Source: Schizochytrium sp. TIO01 (Eukaryota > Protista > Bigyra: Labyrinthulomycetes). From it: a stretch of 64,000 bases of DNA. The position numbers and the translations under genes are program-made. Every line of letters starts with the position of its first letter. Position 1 is the stretch's first letter. This document shows, piece by piece, positions 58,201 to 64,000 of this stretch. The stretch covers positions 3,100,001-3,164,000 of the forward strand of contig SMSO01000034.1 of NCBI GenBank assembly GCA_004764695.1, written 5' to 3'. The notes under the pieces were generated by a model. The model was not told the DNA's origin. It made no database searches and saw nothing but the letters and a program-made list of their open reading frames with translations.

Positions 58201-60714
58201 CAATTGTTGAATTAAAATTAGAAAGAACCTATGTACCACATTGCCAGTGGTGTGGAGCTTAGTTACTTTGAACGAGTGAATTGATCAATGCTTTTGGAAT
58301 ACATGATGAGCTTAGAGGAATTTATTTGTGCTCAAGCCGATTGAGAGAAGCTCTCGAGACTGCGTGCGTGCGAATGCTGGTTGACTTTTGCTCTTTTGTT
58401 TCAGGTACCTTGGTAAGGTTCTCTTATCAGAACTTACTTGGCGTGGTGGCCCTCGCTGCGTTCTTTCTATCTGATTTCTGAATTCTGCACACTGAGAACT
58501 TCGTTTTATTTGTCAAATGGGCTTTTGTAGTCAATATCAGACGCAGTGAAGCATTCATCACTCCTTACACGAGACTCGCGAAGTCCCACGTGCCTGGAGC
58601 GGTTTGACATTTGACTTTTTGGGCTGCTGCAACGGACTTGGGACATTCGCTCAAGAACTCCGGTACCCCGTCACACCCCGAGTGCGACCGTTTCTTGACA
58701 TAAGCACGAACTGCTTCTTGGCAAATATCTCGATTAAGCGGAGCTTGCATCAGCAAACACACATAAACTAAACACCTCCTGAATTGAGCAGAGACCAGTC
58801 CTTCAGGGAGGGCAGAACTAGCAAGGTTTAGTTCCTTGTACACAAGCTAAGGCTGGTCAGCAGGTAGCAACAATAAAGCTGTGAACCAAATTCTATAGTT
58901 TTTGAGAATATAGATCACCTCAGCACGTCTGAGCTTCCAACCCCAGTTAGAATGTGACGTAACATTAGTTTCTGTTTCCATTTAATTATTTGTGGCAAGA
59001 AAAGGAAGAAAGCCGTTGACTCTTGGCAAGCTGCCAAGGTAGCAGGTACTCTAAAAAGTAGGTACAGCTACTCTCTGCCAAAAGAGTATCCTTACCGGAG
59101 TGGAACAGTAAATCACTAGCTACCGAATTATGGGCCCATTCGGTTTGATGCCAGGTGTGGATTGGTGCTAAAAGAAACTTGGTCTCAAAGAATTATGAGG
59201 CTGACATACAGAGCAGCGGATGCTGGTGAGACTGTGATCATTGATGACGAAGCTTGACTCCAAAGATGTGTAACTAAAATATTGAGCATTTGACACATAT
59301 CACGAAGGGCACCTGTTGCGAAGGGCCCTCTAAGTCTGATAAGAGGACTGCCACGAATACAATATAATTTATACTAGTCCTTTTACTGGGGTAGCAACTC
59401 AAGAAGTATATAAATGTGTGACGATTGTGGGGTTGCAAGAGTTAATAAGCTCCGGAAAGAGGTTAGACCTGGGCCTAGGGCCAACCTAGTTAGGCTATGA
59501 ATCATTTAAGTATTTAGAACACCTTGCTTAATTAATATTGCAGTTGCCAAGTCTTCAATGGGAACAGAAATATAATTTCATATCTAGACTATCAAAATTA
59601 AAAGTCGTTTGAAAGTAGAACTTGGTTGCCTCTTCATCAATTCGACCTTCAGTATATATACTATGAAGAACTGTTTAAAGCAAACCAACCAAGCTATAAT
59701 AGAATTTTCACGTGATTTACAAAAAGCCAGCAATCCAATATAGGCAAGGAAAGTCATGTGCGTTTGCAAGGTTGCAGACTAAAGAACGAGACAGAAAACC
59801 ACAGTTTTGTATGCTGGTGAGATTCAATGACCGAGAACGAGTAGCAGGAAGACACGCAGTCTTTCTGCAAGTCTCGAAGTTACAGTCCAGTAGGTCATAT
59901 TCCCAAAGCACAACGCCGGGAGTCAAAGAGAAAGTTAGTGCGTGCTGAAACAAACATGAAGTAGATAAGTTTGGCGCGTGCATTTGATTGCAAGATAAAA
60001 ACACAGCTCCCGGGGTGTGATCATATTATTTATTGGGCACGATTTTTGATTTTGATATACAACAATGCAAGCTAGAAAATAAGTAGGAAAGCAGCAATTG
60101 TGATAAGTGAGGCAATAGTATTATAAAGAAATCGTTTTCGACATGTAGGTCTGACAAATGCTATAATAGCGGTGATTCAAGCGAAGGGTGGTCCCCGGTC
60201 ACACGCATACAAATTGGAGGAGCGGAGAACCGTTTGAGGCGTCACGGTGGTGGCAATCCCATGATTTCAAAGACTTTTCAAGTTTCTACGAGCAAGCAAG
60301 CAAGCTCGATGATCTCCATATTCCAAGTCCTGTGACTCGATTGTATAATGGTATCATGACAAAACCTTGCAAGCTTCTGGAGGAAGAATGCTGTTCTAAG
60401 GCCGCAATTCATACCTGTTGCAAGCTGAAGCTTTTTTTTTTTTTTTTTTGCCATGATGACTAACTGACCAACATAACCAAAGGCCAGCACATGACAAGAT
60501 TTAGTAGATTTCGCACGACGACAGTCCACAAACTAGTCTGCATACACGCATGTGTACACTCTAGACTTAAGAATACGCGTAATCCACAAGTTTCAAGTTG
60601 TGAGAATCTAGAAGCTGTAAAGTTGTACGGATAATGGGAGAACCGGGATCCACGTTTGCGGAGCTCTGCGGAGGAGACTGTCATACATTAAGGCATGCAG
60701 GCAGCTGACATAAC

Positions 60715-61773
60715 TTAGAGACCCTTGTTGTAGTAGACCATTCCGTTGGCCTGAGCCGGGATGGCGGCCTGGAGCTCCGGCTCGAGCTCCTCAACCTTGA
60801 GGGTTCCGATCTGGGGGAAGATGGCTACGGTGGCGGGAAGACCAAAGCCGAAGGAAACGATCGTGAAAAGGGTGGTGATGGAGACAACAGCAGCACCAGA
60901 ACCGATGAGAGAGAAGGGCGGGAGAGACATGAGCATGGGGGGGATGAAGAACACAGGGATCTGAAGCACGGCACGGGACATGACGGTCTCCTGCACGGCC
61001 TTACGGGCTGCGTTAGAGGATCTCTGGCCATCAGCAAGAACGTTGCCGTCAGCGTCGGTAATGTAAACACCGGTCTCGATCTCAGGGCTTCGCATGATGT
61101 AGCAGTTCGAGCATGAGGCAACCATACTGGAGGGAAAGGCAACGAACTTGAGGAGCTGCTTGGCACGCTCAGGGCTGTATCTGCGGGAGATGAAGGTGGA
61201 GAGACCAAAAGCAACAGAGAGAGCAGCTCCGACGGCAGCACAGTACGAGACGGCGAGGGTCTCGTTCGAGGTCGGTGAGCTGGCGTTACGGTTAAAGTAG
61301 TTCACAAGGGCGTTGTGGCTCTGGTTAATCCAGTTCCAAAAGAGAAGGGCAGGGGTGCTGCTCGAAGCCATCATTGCAACGCAGACGGGGCCGTTGTAAG
61401 GCACGTAGCCAGACATTCTGAAAGGCCTGGGGATGATCTCCTTGGTGTCAGGGTGGATGGCAGCCTCCACGAGCTTGCGAGCGCGCCAGAGGTCGGCATC
61501 AGTGGCGGAGATCACCTTCTTCTCCTTGAAGTCCTGAAGGAGCTGCTGAGCAGCACGAACCTCAGGCTCCTGAGCCAAAAGGGTGGTCGGGTCGCAGTTG
61601 GTGAGCTGCTTCGCGAAGCGACCCTTGATCGTGGAAAGATCGAAGCGGTCAGACTGGAGGGAGAACTTGGGAGCCGGGAAGGCCTCTTCGATGGCCTGGG
61701 CGCCAAAGCCCACGGTAACCACGCCGATGGCGGTAGCCACGGAGGCGCCGGCAATGCCACGAACACCGAGCAT
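60715..61773 (-). CDS. Sideroflexin (mitochondrial tricarboxylate/amino-acid carrier family)
   Basis: RFDLST..GRF, AIHPDT.E.IPRPFRMSGYVP, WNWINQSHNALVNYFNRNASSP and C-terminal YYNKGL are sideroflexin hallmarks. Confidence 0.95.
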   Translation of the reverse strand: MLGVRGIAGASVATAIGVVTVGFGAQAIEEAFPAPKFSLQSDRFDLSTIKGRFAKQLTNCDPTTLLAQEPEVRAAQQLLQDFKEKKVISATDADLWRARKLVEAAIHPDTKEIIPRPFRMSGYVPYNGPVCVAMMASSSTPALLFWNWINQSHNALVNYFNRNASSPTSNETLAVSYCAAVGAALSVAFGLSTFISRRYSPERAKQLLKFVAFPSSMVASCSNCYIMRSPEIETGVYITDADGNVLADGQRSSNAARKAVQETVMSRAVLQIPVFFIPPMLMSLPPFSLIGSGAAVVSITTLFTIVSFGFGLPATVAIFPQIGTLKVEELEPELQAAIPAQANGMVYYNKGL

Positions 61774-62865
61774 CTTGGCTTGCTTGGGGCTTGGGTTGGC
61801 TGTTGAAGAAAGGAAGGCTCGCTGCTGCTGCTGCTGCTGCTGCTACGGCTGCGGCGGTGGTGGCGGCGTGCAGTGAACGGGGCGGAGCTTGCTTGCTTCA
61901 ATCAGGGTTTGCGGGTCTGCTGCTTTGGCGAACGACTTGGTGAACTGTTTTGACGCATCGTAATTGGAGCACTCGATGAGATTAAATAAAACAAAATTAT
62001 TTTCATAAATAACAAAAGTGATGATGAAAGAAATGATTTCTCTCTTTCGCCCATTTCGCATTTTGCGCGCATCTTCTCCCTCCTCTGCCTGGCCCTTCGG
62101 GAAACGCCAAGAGATCTCTCCAGGGAGGGCGGCTTGGGCAGGCCTGGGGCGCTTTTTGCTGTGTGCAGAGCAGATTGTCTTCTTCTACTCGCTCGCTTTC
62201 TCAGTTGTTGAGCTCCATCCTCGACGGCTCCTCCTCTCCATCACCTCTTTCACGGGTGTCCCTTGGTCTTGTATTTACGAAGAACTTTCAGAATAAAAAT
62301 AAAACAAACTAAACTAAACAAACTAAACTAAACAAACTAAAATACGAAAGTGAAACAAACATTTCTTCTCACAAGCCAATTCGATCTTTTCTTTCTTTTC
62401 TCTTCTCTTCTCTTTTCAACAAAACATGTTTATACATAAAAATTAGCTCTCGCGCGCAAAAAAAAAAAAAATAAGAATAAAAAATAAAAACACAAATGCC
62501 ACCAGCCGAAGTCATCGATCGCAAGTCTCAATCAAACCTTCCTCGCGTTTGTAGGCCGCCTTACACAGCTGCCTCAGTTTCGGTCTTTGATCTTCTTGCG
62601 AGCTTTTGCAGCAGTATTTACTCATCGCTCACTCATTCTTGAACAGATCGGGGAATATTTACAACATCCTAAGGCAAAATGATTGTTTGTAGGCCATTGG
62701 AAAATAAACAACCCTCGCCGTCCAATCGGTCCTACTGCCAGATAGGCGAAACCGGTACTCCTAAGTCGTGGCCAGAGAAGAAAGCGGCTGGTTGCCTGTC
62801 TTTTCGTCCCTGAGGCGCTCTCTCCACAGCCTTCGAGCTCCGTTAAGTCCTCGATTTCAGGCGAT

Positions 62866-63086
62866 CAATCAATCAATCAACCAATCAACCAATCAATCAA
62901 TCAACCAATCGATCGATCGATCGATCGTGTGCTCTTCAAGTTTCTTGTCTCATCCGCTGTCTCCACTTTCGTATTTCATCGTGCTCTATCGCCATTATAA
63001 GGTATATGATGCATTTCACTTTTTCATTCATTCTTTCATTCATTCATTCATTCATTCTTTCTTTCTTTCTTTCTTTCTTTCTTCTT
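62866..63086 (+). repeat. Cluster of (ATCA)n, (GATC)n, (TTCA)n and (TTTC)n microsatellites
   Basis: Directly visible at 62866-62925 and 63023-63086. Confidence 0.85.
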
Positions 63087-64000
63087 TCCAATAGTTCTAC
63101 TATGAAAGACGAGGTTTTCCAAAGTTCTTCTTCGCATTTATTTATATATTAATTTTAATTCACGATAACAAAGAAGAATGATGAGAACAAGTAATAAGAA
63201 TACTCCGAAGAGGATAAGTCTCACTTTCTGCGAAATTGCAAAACAATCCTCACGAGTACCTGACTCACATACTTCCCTGCAGTAGCATCTTTCGCGATCC
63301 TCTTTGCACAACGTGAAGAAAGACACCCCTGATGGTCAACGAATATGGCACTACCGCGTACCCACCTCCTTTCGGCTTTTGCCTCCATTCCTGTGCAGAG
63401 CTCGACTTATCAATCTGTATTCACGAATAGGCATTCATTCGAATAGATTTCTCCCCAACGCCTGCTCTTTAATTTGCATGTTAGTTATAGAGGCCTAAAT
63501 AAAATTTTATTTTATAAACGCTTTTATTCATATCTTTCTGCTAAGAAAATAATAACAATAATGATAATAACAATGACAAAATGATAATGATTGAATTGAA
63601 GATGTAATACAATTGAAAGGCCTTCCGCCGTGACCACTCCTTCTTCTATGTCCTCTCTTTTGGAGGCCTAGCGCCCTTGTAGCCACTCTTACCAGGTTGT
63701 GTGCCCTTTGCTTTCTCATTCGGCACTGTTCTGGGATCGTCGCTTCTTTCCAGGCTCTCGAGGCATCACGATCGATATCGCAAATTAGATGTCGAGCTGG
63801 AGAGGTGTTGAAAGTGGGATTTGACTGCCTTCTCTCCGGACTGCTGAGATAACTGGCGTCTCCCAGAACGGCACTGCATGTCACGATTTCTATCATTCCA
63901 TGATCGAAACTTATTATCAAAATGTGCTGTTTCTTGGAGATATTACTATTCTTTTGCATTGCACTACAGGAAAATCGATCACATAAATAAAATGATAATA

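Noticed and set aside
63138-63959. Short minus-strand ORFs at the window end as possible exons
   Set aside because: No recognisable domain, and they run into low-complexity sequence; cannot be supported.

Overview
Eukaryotic nuclear DNA: intron-poor, with canonical GT-AG introns in three genes and AT-rich, microsatellite-laden intergenic regions containing GC-rich islands. Gene content (two ELO elongases, fungal-type GPAT, base-exchange PS synthase, a flagellar RSPH14-like protein) suggests a flagellated stramenopile, probably a thraustochytrid; this is inference, not a database result. There are about 18 protein-coding genes. They comprise a secreted PAN/apple protein, a secreted trypsin-like protease plus beta-trefoil-like repeats plus ~30 LRRs (split by a frameshift), a small Cys-rich DUF6171-like protein revealed by splicing, GPAT, tRNA splicing endonuclease (Sen34-like), PP2A B56, two elongases, condensin CAP-G, PS synthase, RSPH14, class 3 lipase, a TPR-METTL21-type methyltransferase, mitochondrial MetRS (frameshifted), an atypical galactokinase-like kinase, a His-box desaturase-like protein and a sideroflexin. 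The most notable observations are the protease-lectin-LRR fusion with a footprint-like lesion, the concentration of lipid genes, a multi-hairpin non-coding island at ~21.7-21.97 kb, and two bacterial/phage-like genes that have acquired introns. No rRNA, tRNA, CRISPR array or intact transposon was recognised.
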